From assembly GCA_965227265.1 (NCBI GenBank), contig OZ245738.1:183645-247644 (forward strand): 64,000 bases of DNA, written 5' to 3'. Under the pieces are notes generated by a model. It did not search any database. It was not told the origin of the DNA and saw only the letters and a program-made list of their open reading frames with translations. The position numbers and the translations under genes are program-made. Below are positions 17,121 through 27,549 of this stretch, one piece after another. Position 1 is the first letter of the stretch, and every line of letters begins with the position of its first letter. This stretch comes from Cyclobacteriaceae bacterium. GTDB taxonomy: Bacteria > Bacteroidota > Bacteroidia > Cytophagales > Cyclobacteriaceae.

Positions 17121-20100
17121 GTCAACGGCAATTCAATCGTAAACTCGCTGCCTTTACCTTCAACACTTTTTACTTGTAGCTTTCCTTTGTTCGTTTGAAT
17201 GAATTTACGACAAAGGATTAAGCCAATACCTGTACCTTTTTCATCGTTGGTTCCTTTTGTAAGCGGGAGTTGTTCTTCGGTAAACAATTTCTCGAGGTAG
17301 GTCTGGCTCATACCGATTCCTTCATCTTCTACTACGATCACACCCCAATTGTCTTTACTAAACGCTTTGATTTTAACGGCATTTCCTTGAGGAGTAAATT
17401 TCAGGGCATTTGACACAATGTTACGAAGACTAACATACGTCATGTTTTCATCAGCATATAGTGTAATGTTTTCGTTGAACTCAATGCTAAACGTGATGCG
17501 TTTCTTTTCTATAATGAGCTGATAGAGGCTTCCGATTTTCTGAAGCATATCGTTCAAGGAAAAAAATGTGGGTGTGTAAGAAATATTGCCGGTTTGAGAT
17601 AATGACCAGAACAAGGTGTTATCAATAAGATCGAGCGAACTTGTTACTGAATTACGAATATTGGCAGCATGTTTTTTAATATCTGCTTTTGTCAGGTCGT
17701 GATCATCAATAAGAATAGATAGAAATCCTTTCAGGGTTGTGAGTGGAGACCGTAAATCGTGCGATAAGATTGAAAAGATTAAATCCTTTTTCTGATTAAG
17801 ATTTGCAAGTTCTTCGCGCGATTTTTCAATCTCTTGTGTACGAATGGTTAGTAATTTCTCAAGTCGTTCTTTATCTCTTTTTGATCTGTACAAGCTGCCC
17901 TGAATAATAGTTATAACAATCACACAGGTTGCAATCGCGGTAAGGACAATAAACCACCACGTTTGCCAAAAGGGATTTAACACATTGAATTTGAAGGATG
18001 CAATTTTTTCTTTTCCTGAAATTGAAACTGTTTTTAACTTAAAATTATAGGTGCCTGGCTTGAGGTTTGCGAAATGAAACATATTCGATTCGGCTTTTAT
18101 CCAATCCTGGTTGTAACCTTCCAGCGTATAAAAAGATTCGTAGCGTTTTGGATTGCGATAAATTGGGATAAAGAAACTTATATCAATGTCATTTTGGTCG
18201 TGTGCGAGCGAAACAGTTTTGCTGGTATCAATTTGTACCGGTATATCGGCATTAATCTCTTCGTCAAAAATAGAAATGTTTAAAAATTGAGGTGAGTAAT
18301 CCTCTTCTGCAATGGTTACATTTTTAGGATTGAAAATATTGAGTCCGTTAATTCCTCCGAAAACAATGTCGCCATTGGTGCAGCGTGCGGAGGCTAGCCG
18401 ATTAAACTCATCCTGCTGGAGACCTTCGGTAACCGTAAAGTCAAGGTACTGATCAGAAACAGGATTGTATTTTGTTAGTCCAGCGTTCGTACTCATCCAA
18501 AGGCTTCCTTCTCCATCAGGAAGAGTTGCATAAATGGTTAAGTTCTGGATTCCTCGTTTCTTTGAAACGTTTGTAACCACCGGATTTTGCAAATTAGAGG
18601 GATCAAATGTCCAGAGTCCATCGTTGAAAGTTCCGATCCACAATTTGTTCTGGAATTCATAAATCGACAGGATCATAAAATACGTTCCTAGCGGACGAGT
18701 AGCAATCTTCTCAAACCCATAACGCTTAAAATGATCTGTTGCAGAATCATAAAGAGAGATCCCATCGCGAATGCCAACCCAAAGCCGATTCGAATTATCT
18801 ACATATAGCGTAGTTGCATTTTTAATACCCTCCGGATCAGTACGGTCATTGTAGATTTTTAATTCTTTGGTTTTGAAATTATACGATTTGAGGTAGCCGA
18901 AGGAAGAATAAAACAGCAAACCATTGTGCATCACCATCTGCCTTACTTGCTGACCCTGTGTATATTTTTTGAGTGGAGGATAGTATTCGATCCGTTTTGT
19001 TTTTCTATCGTACTGCATCATCCCTTCACTTGTTCCGATCAGGAGAATCTTTTTATCAAGATCCATGAAATACAAGGGCGCAATACGCTTTTTACCGTCA
19101 ATCTCGAGTTCGATTTTCTCTACGGATAATCGCTTTTCGTCAAAAATGTGAATGACACCTCCATCGGTACCAACCCAAAGTTTTTTATCATCATCTTCAT
19201 AGACACCGCGCACCATATTATCGTGGAGTGATACCATGGCAAAAGGATTGTTATAAATATGTCTGAATTTGATTTTTGAGGGATCGTATTTATTTAGATC
19301 CCCGGTTGAGCCAATCCAGATGATATCGTTACGATCTTGAAATATTGACGTGCAATTATTCCCGCTAAGCGATCGTTCACTTAACGGATTCTCAGCAACA
19401 TGAATATAGTTGTCAGTTAAAGGACTGTAAACGACCAGGCCATCTCCTTTGGTAAGGATCCAGATGCGGCCGTTTTTATCCTCAAAAATTTTTGTTATGC
19501 GATGATGGAAAGGTGATTGGTCGTGAGAAAAATGTTTAATAAATGTTTTTGAAACCGTATCATATACAAAAACACCAAACTGTTCCGTTCCGATCCATAG
19601 TTTTCCGGTACGATCAGTTGCTAATGCAGTAACGCGTGTTACCGGTGAGAAATTAAAGTTTGGAAAATCAATGTAAATGGAATCAATAAGTTTTTTATTC
19701 TCAATAACATACACCGTTCGGTTGCCGCCCACAAGAAGTTTATTGCCCTGACTTGCAATGCACGAGTTGCTATTAAATCTTTCCTTTAGATCATTAAATT
19801 TTTTCAACGTATCATTTTCAACAAAGAATACTCCGTGATCAAATGAACTTCCCCAGATTGTTCCATCGGATGTCTGTGTAATGTTGGAGATGATGGGCAC
19901 ACCATCCCGTGAAGGAATTATGATGAATTTCTCTGAGAAGTAATCACGTTTTACAATGCCATGCGTGTGTGTGCCGATCAATAATTTATTGGTCTTAGCA
20001 TCACTGAATAAGCAGTGAATTTCCTGACCTGCGATACTCAGGCTATCGTTAATGTTCCGGTATGAGTTGAAGCGATAGCCATCGTAGCGATATAAACCGT

Positions 20101-20269
20101 TCCCGGCAACCCAAATTAAGCCATGATGATCCTGAATGAGGTCGTTAACCTGCGATGAATTAATAGTTCCTGGAATGTTAACATGATCGAACGGAAGCTC
20201 AGGATGCTGCGATTGAGCCCACCCGGCAGTGAGGGCACAGCACAGAAGGCATACGAGCAGCGGTCTCAC
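17111..20269 (-). CDS. sensor histidine kinase with periplasmic two-component-regulator propeller / Y_Y_Y domain
   Basis: 1052 aa. Signal peptide, repeated LWVGT/IWIGS/LWIGT propeller blades, one TM helix, H-box (SHDLRSPL) and HATPase_c (EDEGIGM ... GTGIGL). No receiver or DNA-binding domain. Confidence 0.85.
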   Translation of the reverse strand: MRPLLVCLLCCALTAGWAQSQHPELPFDHVNIPGTINSSQVNDLIQDHHGLIWVAGNGLYRYDGYRFNSYRNINDSLSIAGQEIHCLFSDAKTNKLLIGTHTHGIVKRDYFSEKFIIIPSRDGVPIISNITQTSDGTIWGSSFDHGVFFVENDTLKKFNDLKERFNSNSCIASQGNKLLVGGNRTVYVIENKKLIDSIYIDFPNFNFSPVTRVTALATDRTGKLWIGTEQFGVFVYDTVSKTFIKHFSHDQSPFHHRITKIFEDKNGRIWILTKGDGLVVYSPLTDNYIHVAENPLSERSLSGNNCTSIFQDRNDIIWIGSTGDLNKYDPSKIKFRHIYNNPFAMVSLHDNMVRGVYEDDDKKLWVGTDGGVIHIFDEKRLSVEKIELEIDGKKRIAPLYFMDLDKKILLIGTSEGMMQYDRKTKRIEYYPPLKKYTQGQQVRQMVMHNGLLFYSSFGYLKSYNFKTKELKIYNDRTDPEGIKNATTLYVDNSNRLWVGIRDGISLYDSATDHFKRYGFEKIATRPLGTYFMILSIYEFQNKLWIGTFNDGLWTFDPSNLQNPVVTNVSKKRGIQNLTIYATLPDGEGSLWMSTNAGLTKYNPVSDQYLDFTVTEGLQQDEFNRLASARCTNGDIVFGGINGLNIFNPKNVTIAEEDYSPQFLNISIFDEEINADIPVQIDTSKTVSLAHDQNDIDISFFIPIYRNPKRYESFYTLEGYNQDWIKAESNMFHFANLKPGTYNFKLKTVSISGKEKIASFKFNVLNPFWQTWWFIVLTAIATCVIVITIIQGSLYRSKRDKERLEKLLTIRTQEIEKSREELANLNQKKDLIFSILSHDLRSPLTTLKGFLSILIDDHDLTKADIKKHAANIRNSVTSSLDLIDNTLFWSLSQTGNISYTPTFFSLNDMLQKIGSLYQLIIEKKRITFSIEFNENITLYADENMTYVSLRNIVSNALKFTPQGNAVKIKAFSKDNWGVIVVEDEGIGMSQTYLEKLFTEEQLPLTKGTNDEKGTGIGLILCRKFIQTNKGKLQVKSVEGKGSEFTIELPLTQD

Positions 20270-20272
20270 GGG

Positions 20273-20662
20273 TTAGTCTTCAGGGTAAGGTATGAAGACA
20301 AAGTTGGTAAACTCTTTGTCGATTACAAAGAGGCAGCAGAATTCGTCAGCGTCTTTGTAGGCATTTTTGAAATCTTCCTGTTTATCCGCGTCAACTATTC
20401 CGCGTTGTACAAATTCATCTAAAAAGGAAGCGTAGTAGTTCCAGTCTGTTTCAGCCTGTTGACTGATAATGATAACCTGTCCGATCGGCTGCTCGGTTTT
20501 GCAAACCGGGAAAATCGGGAAGGGTGAAATCTCACGCTTACGGATTTGATAGGAAGCTTCTTTGAGTGTGTCGGAGACCTTTACAAAATCGCTTGAAATT
20601 GTACCAAGGTATTTTCCGCTTAATTCTGGATCGTTTTGCATGAGTGATAAATCAATCCACAA
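20273..20662 (-). CDS. hypothetical protein
   Basis: 129-aa ORF packed between acpH (6 nt) and the sensor kinase (3 nt). No motif recognised. Confidence 0.45.
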   Translation of the reverse strand: MWIDLSLMQNDPELSGKYLGTISSDFVKVSDTLKEASYQIRKREISPFPIFPVCKTEQPIGQVIIISQQAETDWNYYASFLDEFVQRGIVDADKQEDFKNAYKDADEFCCLFVIDKEFTNFVFIPYPED

Positions 20663-20668
20663 AAGTAA

Positions 20669-21256
20669 TCAGTTGTTTCCAATAAACTCCTTACAATAAG
20701 AATCCAATACAGGAAAGAACTCCATGAACTCCTTCTTGAAGTCATCGTAATGTTCGCGCAGATCATTAACGGCTTCTTCCATTTTGGATTGAAAAGGAGT
20801 TCGCTTAGCCATGCCGCTTAATGATCGATGAATGCCTTCAACCTTACTATAATTCACCAGCCAATTGCCGTTGATCATGTAAGGCATCATGTTATTAAGT
20901 TCAGCGGGTAGAATTGTATCAGACGAAGTAATGGTTTGGTAGGCTTGCTGGGCAAATGTTTCAAGTGGTAATGAATGGAACTGATTCCAATTGGCTGCCA
21001 GAAAGTGATCATAAAAAACATCAACGATAACACCTGAGTAATGTCGGTACTTCGGTCGCAGCCGGTTTTTACTTTCGGTAACAATCGGATGACTGTCTGT
21101 AAATTCATCGATTGACCGATGAAGCTCAATGCCCTTTATAATTTCTGCGTCATATAGTTGAAGGTAAGACTTACCTTTTACAAAATCGCCCATAAAATTC
21201 CCGAGCATAATTTTAGGATTGTTGCCGGATAAATAAAGATGAGCCAGAAAATTCAT
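20669..21256 (-). CDS. acpH: acyl carrier protein phosphodiesterase
   Basis: 195 aa. The N-terminus MNFLAHLYLSG ... GNFMGDFVKG is characteristic of AcpH. Confidence 0.8.
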   Translation of the reverse strand: MNFLAHLYLSGNNPKIMLGNFMGDFVKGKSYLQLYDAEIIKGIELHRSIDEFTDSHPIVTESKNRLRPKYRHYSGVIVDVFYDHFLAANWNQFHSLPLETFAQQAYQTITSSDTILPAELNNMMPYMINGNWLVNYSKVEGIHRSLSGMAKRTPFQSKMEEAVNDLREHYDDFKKEFMEFFPVLDSYCKEFIGNN

Positions 21257-21338
21257 CCGTCAATATACCGGGATGTGAGGAATAAACTATTGATTATGAT
21301 CGCAAGATTTTCCATCTTCAACAAAAAAATAGTACGGC

Positions 21339-21731
21339 ATGGCGTTAGAACAATTAAAACTTCTGGTCAACCTTGCCCGCATTGATGGCGATGTGGCCGA
21401 AAGGGAAAGGAAATATATTTCCAACATCGGATTAGCGAACAACATTTCGACTGAGGATATTCAGCCGTTGTTTGAAAGGGATCATGAGTTTGTAGTGCCT
21501 TCCAATCTCAGCACCGAGCAGCGCTTCGGATATATTTTTAGCCTGGTGCAGCTTATGAAGATTGATGAGCGCCTGTATAAAGATGAAATTCAATATTGTT
21601 CTAAAGTTGCGGCCAAGCTTGGGTATGACGAAACAGTGATGTTTGAGTTGATGCTTCATGTGCGTTCTGCGATGGAGAATGGTGAGATGCAGGTCTTAAA
21701 AAGGCTTACCGAACAATATCTTAGTAAATAA
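21339..21731 (+). CDS. TerB-like (tellurite-resistance TerB / DjlA N-terminal fold) protein
   Basis: 130 aa. LLVNLARIDGDVAERERKYI ... LVQLMKIDERLYKDEIQY resembles the two-repeat TerB-type helical domain. Confidence 0.5.
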   Translation: MALEQLKLLVNLARIDGDVAERERKYISNIGLANNISTEDIQPLFERDHEFVVPSNLSTEQRFGYIFSLVQLMKIDERLYKDEIQYCSKVAAKLGYDETVMFELMLHVRSAMENGEMQVLKRLTEQYLSK

Positions 21732-21752
21732 TCACCCGCTTAATCTTCCAGC

Positions 21753-23033
21753 ATGAATTTTAAACACCTCTTAACAATACTTTGGATTGTTCTTTCCTTT
21801 TCAGCGAATGCGCAAAAAACAATAATTCATTGCGGTAATCTTATCGATGGCAAAGCGAACGATGTTCAACCGCAAATGACATTAGTTGTGGAGGGTAATA
21901 AAATTATAGCAATCCAAAAAGGATTTACGCAACCTGCTTCAGGAGAGAAGCTGATAGACCTTAGTAAAAAAACTGTATTGCCCGGACTTATCGACATGCA
22001 TGTTCACTTGGAAGGAGAGACCAGTGAGGGCGAAGACCTTGAACAGTTTACCCTGAATGATGCGGATGTTGCGTTTCGTTCAACCGTGTTTGCTAAAAGA
22101 ACATTGATGGCGGGTTTTACAACTGTGCGTGATCTGGGTGGATCAGGCGTTAACATTGCCTTGCGTAATGCGATTAACCAAGGCTTGGTTGTTGGCCCCA
22201 GAATTTTCACCGCAGGTAAATCCATTGCCACTACGGGCGGTCATGCTGATCCCACTAACGGATATAGAAAAGAGTTGATGGGGAATCCTGGACCAAAAGA
22301 AGGTGTGATCAATTCTGCCGAAGAAGCACGGCAAGCAGTTCGGCAGCGATACAAAGAAGGATCGGATATGATCAAGATCACGGCAACGGGTGGCGTGCTT
22401 AGTCTGGCGAAAGATGGTTCTGGTCCGCAGTTTACCGATGAAGAATTGAAAGCAATTATTGAAACGGCTAAAGATTATGGAATGCATACAGCAGCACATG
22501 CACATGGTGCGGAAGGAATGAAGCGCGCTGTACTTGCTGGTATCACAACCATTGAGCACGGAACAAAAATGACAACCGAAGTTATGGACTTGATGAAGCA
22601 AAAAGGAACGTATTATGTTCCCACTATAACAGCAGGAAAATTCGTAGCAGAGAAGGCAAAAGTACCCGGCTATTATCATCCCTTGGTTGCGCCAAAGGCA
22701 CTAGAGATTGGTCCGATGATCCAAAAAACTTTTGGGGAAGCTTATAAGCGGGGAGTAAAGATTGCGTTCGGTACGGATGCCGGAGTATATCCGCATGGAG
22801 AGAACGGTAAAGAATTTGGTTACATGGTTGAAGTGGGCATGCCTCCGATGGAAGCTATTAAATGCGCAACCATTGTTCCGGCTGGTATTTTAGGAATGAG
22901 TGATAAAATTGGAACGCTCGAGGCCGGAAAGTTTGCAGACATTGTTGCCGTAGATGAAAATCCACTTAAGAACATAGCAACTATGACAACCGTAAGCTTT
23001 GTAATGAAAAACGGAGTTATCTACAAAGAATAG
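21753..23033 (+). CDS. secreted amidohydrolase-family metallohydrolase
   Basis: 426 aa. Signal peptide, [26 protein letters not shown] metal-binding blocks. Confidence 0.8.
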   Translation: MNFKHLLTILWIVLSFSANAQKTIIHCGNLIDGKANDVQPQMTLVVEGNKIIAIQKGFTQPASGEKLIDLSKKTVLPGLIDMHVHLEGETSEGEDLEQFTLNDADVAFRSTVFAKRTLMAGFTTVRDLGGSGVNIALRNAINQGLVVGPRIFTAGKSIATTGGHADPTNGYRKELMGNPGPKEGVINSAEEARQAVRQRYKEGSDMIKITATGGVLSLAKDGSGPQFTDEELKAIIETAKDYGMHTAAHAHGAEGMKRAVLAGITTIEHGTKMTTEVMDLMKQKGTYYVPTITAGKFVAEKAKVPGYYHPLVAPKALEIGPMIQKTFGEAYKRGVKIAFGTDAGVYPHGENGKEFGYMVEVGMPPMEAIKCATIVPAGILGMSDKIGTLEAGKFADIVAVDENPLKNIATMTTVSFVMKNGVIYKE

Positions 23034-23036
23034 TTC

Positions 23037-23762
23037 TTACTGAATGATCAGCATTGCAGCGGCCATTCCTACCATTAACAAATCTTCAATAATAGTAACG
23101 GTGCTCATGGGCAGATTAAATACTGCACCTAAACACGCGCATTGAATTTTCTTTTTGTTTACTACACTTTCAATCACACCAATACTGCTCGCACCCATGA
23201 TTATGATCGTTGCCCAATTGGTAATTGTTGAATCAAAATTTGTTAAGTAGGCGATTCCCAATCCGAGCTCCAAAAACGGATAGATAAATCCATAAGCTGG
23301 AATCTTCTTTGCTACGATATCGTACATCGCGTAACTGCTAGCGAAACCTTTCAGGTCAAGGAATTTGAAGAAGGAGAAAACTAAGAAGAATCCAGCCATG
23401 AATACATTCATGAACTGCATGGCATGAAATGCTTCAGAGTGATAAGAAGCAATGGCGGCTACCAGTGTAATGAATCCAAAGATTAACAGAATTGGTTTGT
23501 ACGTTTTCAACCAACTTGTTGCCTCGGAACTTGACATAGCATGATCACTTACCTGCGGATTTTCTGAAATGGTATACTTCGGATTGCCGATAGCATGTTG
23601 AAGTTCAGGTGTGCTGATGTGCTTGCTCATTTCAATCACTGCTTGTTGCGGATCGAGCGTAATCTCTGCTGATAAAACATCGGGGTGCATTAAAAGCTGA
23701 CTTTTAACTTTTGCTACACATCCATTGCAGGTTAATCCGGAAAGCTTATATGTATGGGTCAT
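23037..23762 (-). CDS. heavy-metal-associated (HMA) domain fused to MauE/DoxX-like membrane domain
   Basis: N-terminal YKLSGLTCNGCVAKV (CxxC HMA) followed by about 5 TM helices. Confidence 0.65.
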   Translation of the reverse strand: MTHTYKLSGLTCNGCVAKVKSQLLMHPDVLSAEITLDPQQAVIEMSKHISTPELQHAIGNPKYTISENPQVSDHAMSSSEATSWLKTYKPILLIFGFITLVAAIASYHSEAFHAMQFMNVFMAGFFLVFSFFKFLDLKGFASSYAMYDIVAKKIPAYGFIYPFLELGLGIAYLTNFDSTITNWATIIIMGASSIGVIESVVNKKKIQCACLGAVFNLPMSTVTIIEDLLMVGMAAAMLIIQ

Positions 23763-23779
23763 AAGATCACTTCAATAAT

Positions 23780-24133
23780 TTATTTAGTTCCAATCCAGCC
23801 CAGATGAGTGTGTTTGAAATCATCGGCATACTTTAAGCCGTAGCCGAATACCCGATCCATTGAGCTGTGTGCAAATAACACAACTCCGGCAAGTGTAAGT
23901 TCATGAATCACGAAAAAAAATCCAGCGAGGTATAATACAATCGCAAAACCTTTGTGATGAATGAGATTGTAAGCAATAGCCCCTATTTTGGTATTGACAA
24001 GATAACCGAGCATGCTTAAATCAGGCGTAAGCAGTAACGCCCAGAAAACCCATCCGGCAAACGGCAAAAATGAATTGAGGTATAAAGCAAGCCCGAACAT
24101 GCAGGCTTCTTCGAGACGAAGCAGGTTTTTCAT
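23780..24133 (-). CDS. DUF4260-like small membrane protein
   Basis: 117 aa with 3-4 helices. LRLEE ... LLLTPDLSMLGY ... AYNLIHH pattern. Confidence 0.5.
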   Translation of the reverse strand: MKNLLRLEEACMFGLALYLNSFLPFAGWVFWALLLTPDLSMLGYLVNTKIGAIAYNLIHHKGFAIVLYLAGFFFVIHELTLAGVVLFAHSSMDRVFGYGLKYADDFKHTHLGWIGTK

Positions 24134-24321
24134 TTTAGGATTTTAAAAAGGCCAGAGATAAAAAGAACAATACCTCCTAACATGTATAAGTATTTAAACT
24201 TTTGATAGGTCTTTTCTTCGTTATTCCCTTTGAAAGGTTTGTAAATTCTAAAACCTATGAGAATCATTATTATTCCAATTATAAGATTGAAGTAGCCGTA
24301 AAAATTTCCGACCTGTTCCAT
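24130..24321 (-). CDS. 63-aa two-helix membrane protein
   Basis: ORF overlaps the downstream gene by 4 nt and starts 3 nt after asnB. Two hydrophobic helices. Confidence 0.4.
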   Translation of the reverse strand: MEQVGNFYGYFNLIIGIIMILIGFRIYKPFKGNNEEKTYQKFKYLYMLGGIVLFISGLFKILK

Positions 24322-24324
24322 AGA

Positions 24325-26229
24325 TTACTTTTCTTTATTATTAACATATTTTTTCCACCAAAACTGAAAAACAATCAAGCCCCAAATCCGTGCGTGAACA
24401 TCTCCCGGGTTAGACGAGAATAGTTGAGTTTTTAATTTTTCAATTTCCGAATAATTAAAAATGCCTTGCGCCTCGATCAGTTCTTTGGAAAGCAAATCGT
24501 CCACAATCATCGACCTCATTTCTTTGCGGAACCATTTCAATAGTGGCACTTCGAAACCTTTTTTAGGTCTGTTATAAAGTTGAGCCGGAAGAATGTCCCG
24601 GAAAGCATCCTGTAAAATCCTTTTTCGAATATTTGGATTAATCTTAAAATCTTCTGGTAACGAGAAAATAAAATTCACTACTTCAAAATCAAGGAAAGGT
24701 GTTCTTACTTCGAGACTGTTTGCCATGCTCATCAAATCAACTTTTGTAAGCATGTCGTTGGGAAGAACAAGCTTTGTGTCGGTGAGCAAAATTTCATTTA
24801 TACTGCCGGTTGAACCAATATCCTTTAATAGTTCAGATTTTGATTGCAGATAATGTTCATTTGAAATTTGACTCTTCGTATCTGCAGTCAGCAAGTTTTT
24901 GCTCTCGTTCTCATCCGCAAAGGAAGCCCAACTCCAATACCGTTCTTTAGGATAAAGCTTCATCCCTTCCGCAAACCGGTTGAACTGCCTGGCCTTGTTA
25001 GCGAACGGATTGCTGCGCGATTGCGGAATCATTTTCCAAAGTGGATTCAATGCGCTTACCGCTTTCTCTTTTAATCCGGGATGAAATGATCGATAGAATG
25101 CTGCATGTTTATTATACCCTGCCAATAATTCGTCCGCACCATCGCCCGACAACGCAACAGTTGCATGCTTGCGTGTTTGTCTGCTAAGAATGTAAACGTT
25201 TATGGCCGATGAATCACCAAATGGCTCATCGAAGTAGTTTAAGATGTTGTGTACGTGTTCGTATAAATCATCATTCGTAAGCGAGAAGACAGTATGTTCT
25301 GTTTTAAAATGATCGGCTACAAGTTTCGCATAATGCGTTTCGTCAAAAAACTTTTCATCCTTAAATCCGATGGAAAATGTGTGCAGATCAGGTTTGTGTT
25401 TGCTGGCTAACGCAGTAATTACCGATGAATCAATACCGCCACTTAAAAATGCCCCGATCGGAACGTCAGAAATAAGCCTGCGCTGCACGGATTCATCCAG
25501 AAGTGCTTTTAGTTTTTCTTGTGCCTCTTCGTAACTGATTGTATTATTTTCTGTTTTCGGGATATCATAATACTTTTCAATAGACACTTCCCGATTCTTA
25601 ATGGTGAGATAATGACCGGGCAATAATTTCTTTACGTTTTTGAAAATGGTATCTGGGGCAGGAGTGTAGTTAAGCTGTAGGTACGCGTATAGTGAAGTGA
25701 AATCTATCGTTTTGTCAATCCCATATTGAATGATCGATTTCATTTCCGAGGCAAACAAAAATTTATCTTCATCAAAAAGATAAAGCAAAGGCTTTACACC
25801 ATAGCGATCCCGGGCAATGAAGAAAGTTTGTTCAACTTTATCATAAATACAGAATGCATAAAAACCATTGAGCTTGTTCAAGCATTTTTCTTTTTCGAGA
25901 ATGAATAACTTTAATAAAACCTCCGTGTCGGATTGAGAAAAGAAGGTTATCCCTTTTGCTTCCAATTGCTGGCGAAGCTCTTTATAGTTAAAGATCTCAC
26001 CGTTATACGCGATGCAATATCGTTCGCTTTCATCCCACATAGGTTGATGGGCAACAGCAGATGTGTCAATAATGGAAAGTCTGCGATGTCCAAGCGCAAC
26101 CCAATCATCGTTATAAATGTTTTGATTGTCCGGCCCACGTTGCTCTAAGCACATAGTAGCGGCCGCAATATTTACTTTATTGAACTTGCCAATAAGATTA
26201 AATGCAAATATGCCCGTGATGCCGCACAT
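24325..26229 (-). CDS. asnB: asparagine synthase (glutamine-hydrolysing)
   Basis: 634 aa. N-terminal MCGI nucleophile Cys, GATase-II domain, PP-loop SGGIDSS. Confidence 0.9.
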   Translation of the reverse strand: MCGITGIFAFNLIGKFNKVNIAAATMCLEQRGPDNQNIYNDDWVALGHRRLSIIDTSAVAHQPMWDESERYCIAYNGEIFNYKELRQQLEAKGITFFSQSDTEVLLKLFILEKEKCLNKLNGFYAFCIYDKVEQTFFIARDRYGVKPLLYLFDEDKFLFASEMKSIIQYGIDKTIDFTSLYAYLQLNYTPAPDTIFKNVKKLLPGHYLTIKNREVSIEKYYDIPKTENNTISYEEAQEKLKALLDESVQRRLISDVPIGAFLSGGIDSSVITALASKHKPDLHTFSIGFKDEKFFDETHYAKLVADHFKTEHTVFSLTNDDLYEHVHNILNYFDEPFGDSSAINVYILSRQTRKHATVALSGDGADELLAGYNKHAAFYRSFHPGLKEKAVSALNPLWKMIPQSRSNPFANKARQFNRFAEGMKLYPKERYWSWASFADENESKNLLTADTKSQISNEHYLQSKSELLKDIGSTGSINEILLTDTKLVLPNDMLTKVDLMSMANSLEVRTPFLDFEVVNFIFSLPEDFKINPNIRKRILQDAFRDILPAQLYNRPKKGFEVPLLKWFRKEMRSMIVDDLLSKELIEAQGIFNYSEIEKLKTQLFSSNPGDVHARIWGLIVFQFWWKKYVNNKEK

Positions 26230-26232
26230 GAA

Positions 26233-26991
26233 CTATTTCTTGTAAAGTTTTTTTAGCTCATGATCCAAGTCACCACCAACATAACTTGAAACTATGAGGC
26301 CATTTTTATCAACAATAAAATAAGTTGGAATAGCCCGAATCTTAAAATATGTATGAAGACCAGCTTTTTTACCTCCGTATACAATTGGCCAAGTATACGT
26401 TGGATTTTTGCTTAGGAATTTTTCGACTTTGTCAATTGAATCATCCAGTGAAACACTGTAAAGTTCAATATTGTATTTCTCTTTCAAGGCGTTAAATTTT
26501 TTCATGCTAGCTATACAAGGCCCGCACCACGTTGCCCAGAAATCAATAATCACGTAATCTTTTCCGGATGAATACAGATCAGCAAGTTTGATGGTATCTC
26601 CGCTTACGGTTGCGAATGCCAGGGGCTTCACCTGAGAGCCAACCAATTCGCGCAAGAATTCAGTTTTGATTTCTGTTGCTTTAGCTTGAATTTCTTCGGT
26701 TAATGGTTTTTTTAAAACACTGATAACCATATCCATCAATTCATTGTCGGATAAAAAAGGTAAGCCGTAAAGATTTGCAGCAATCGCGCAGATGGCTAAT
26801 TGTTTCATTTCCGGATCGGTTATCTTTTCTAATTCCGCATCAACGTATTTAGTGTAGCTGATCGTTAGTTCTTTATGATTTGTATAAATTTTGCTGGCAG
26901 AATAAACTGTGCGTAGGCTGTCGTACGTTGATTGCGCTATGCAACTGAGCGGCAAAAGGAAAATCAGAGTAGCTATAAATCGCTTAAGCAT
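26233..26991 (-). CDS. TlpA-like thioredoxin-fold thiol-disulfide oxidoreductase (secreted)
   Basis: 252 aa. Signal peptide, helical N-domain, FWATWCGPC active site. Confidence 0.8.
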   Translation of the reverse strand: MLKRFIATLIFLLPLSCIAQSTYDSLRTVYSASKIYTNHKELTISYTKYVDAELEKITDPEMKQLAICAIAANLYGLPFLSDNELMDMVISVLKKPLTEEIQAKATEIKTEFLRELVGSQVKPLAFATVSGDTIKLADLYSSGKDYVIIDFWATWCGPCIASMKKFNALKEKYNIELYSVSLDDSIDKVEKFLSKNPTYTWPIVYGGKKAGLHTYFKIRAIPTYFIVDKNGLIVSSYVGGDLDHELKKLYKK

Positions 26992-27547
26992 AATTTTTTC
27001 GCTGGTTGAAGAGCAATACGATTCGGATAACCAAAAGTATGCAAACCCATGAAAATAATGTTACGAATTCCGGAAACGAGCCTCCCACTTGCAATTTACC
27101 CTGAATCCGTGACAAGTATGTCATGAAGAATACAAACCACACATAAAACAGGTAAACGTTTTGGGTGATTAATTTTTTGTTGCCTGCAATGCGTTCATAG
27201 ATAAAAGGCATGATGAAAATCATCGCGTACGCAAGTGCGCCTCCGGCTAGTCTTGCAGGAATGAATGTTCCACCTGAAAAATGAATGTAAGAAAGCAATT
27301 CAATCAAGTGAATGCCATGTGCAGCCGCAAAAACAAGAAAGAACTTCTCTGAGAGAATTGTTGAAAGTTTATCCGCCTGATAAGGCAGAAGAATGAAGAT
27401 GATACTAAAAATAAGAAGTGATAATCTTCCTGAGAAACGAGTTGTTGCCTGGAGGCCTTCTATATTCCATCCGTAAAACGATATCCCCAGTGCTGCCACA
27501 AGCAACTCCAAAATGATAATGAGGAACAGACTTCTTTTGAAAGTCAT
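26984..27547 (-). CDS. polytopic membrane protein of unknown function
   Basis: 187 aa with about 6 helices and conserved-looking His residues (AAAHGIHLIE, YIHFSG). Overlaps the TlpA-like gene by 8 nt. Confidence 0.45.
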   Translation of the reverse strand: MTFKRSLFLIIILELLVAALGISFYGWNIEGLQATTRFSGRLSLLIFSIIFILLPYQADKLSTILSEKFFLVFAAAHGIHLIELLSYIHFSGGTFIPARLAGGALAYAMIFIMPFIYERIAGNKKLITQNVYLFYVWFVFFMTYLSRIQGKLQVGGSFPEFVTLFSWVCILLVIRIVLLFNQRKNYA

Positions 27548-27549
27548 GA

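Noticed and set aside
22143-22679. 178-aa antisense ORF inside the amidohydrolase gene
   Set aside because: It is fully contained in a gene with clear metal-binding motifs. Its translation is Cys/Phe/Arg-rich nonsense typical of the reverse frame.
24325-26229. Asparagine synthase homolog as a lasso-peptide or RiPP cyclase
   Set aside because: It has the full N-terminal Cys-nucleophile glutaminase domain and the length of a metabolic AsnB. There is no adjacent transglutaminase-like protease or plausible precursor peptide. The neighbouring 63-aa ORF is a two-helix membrane protein.
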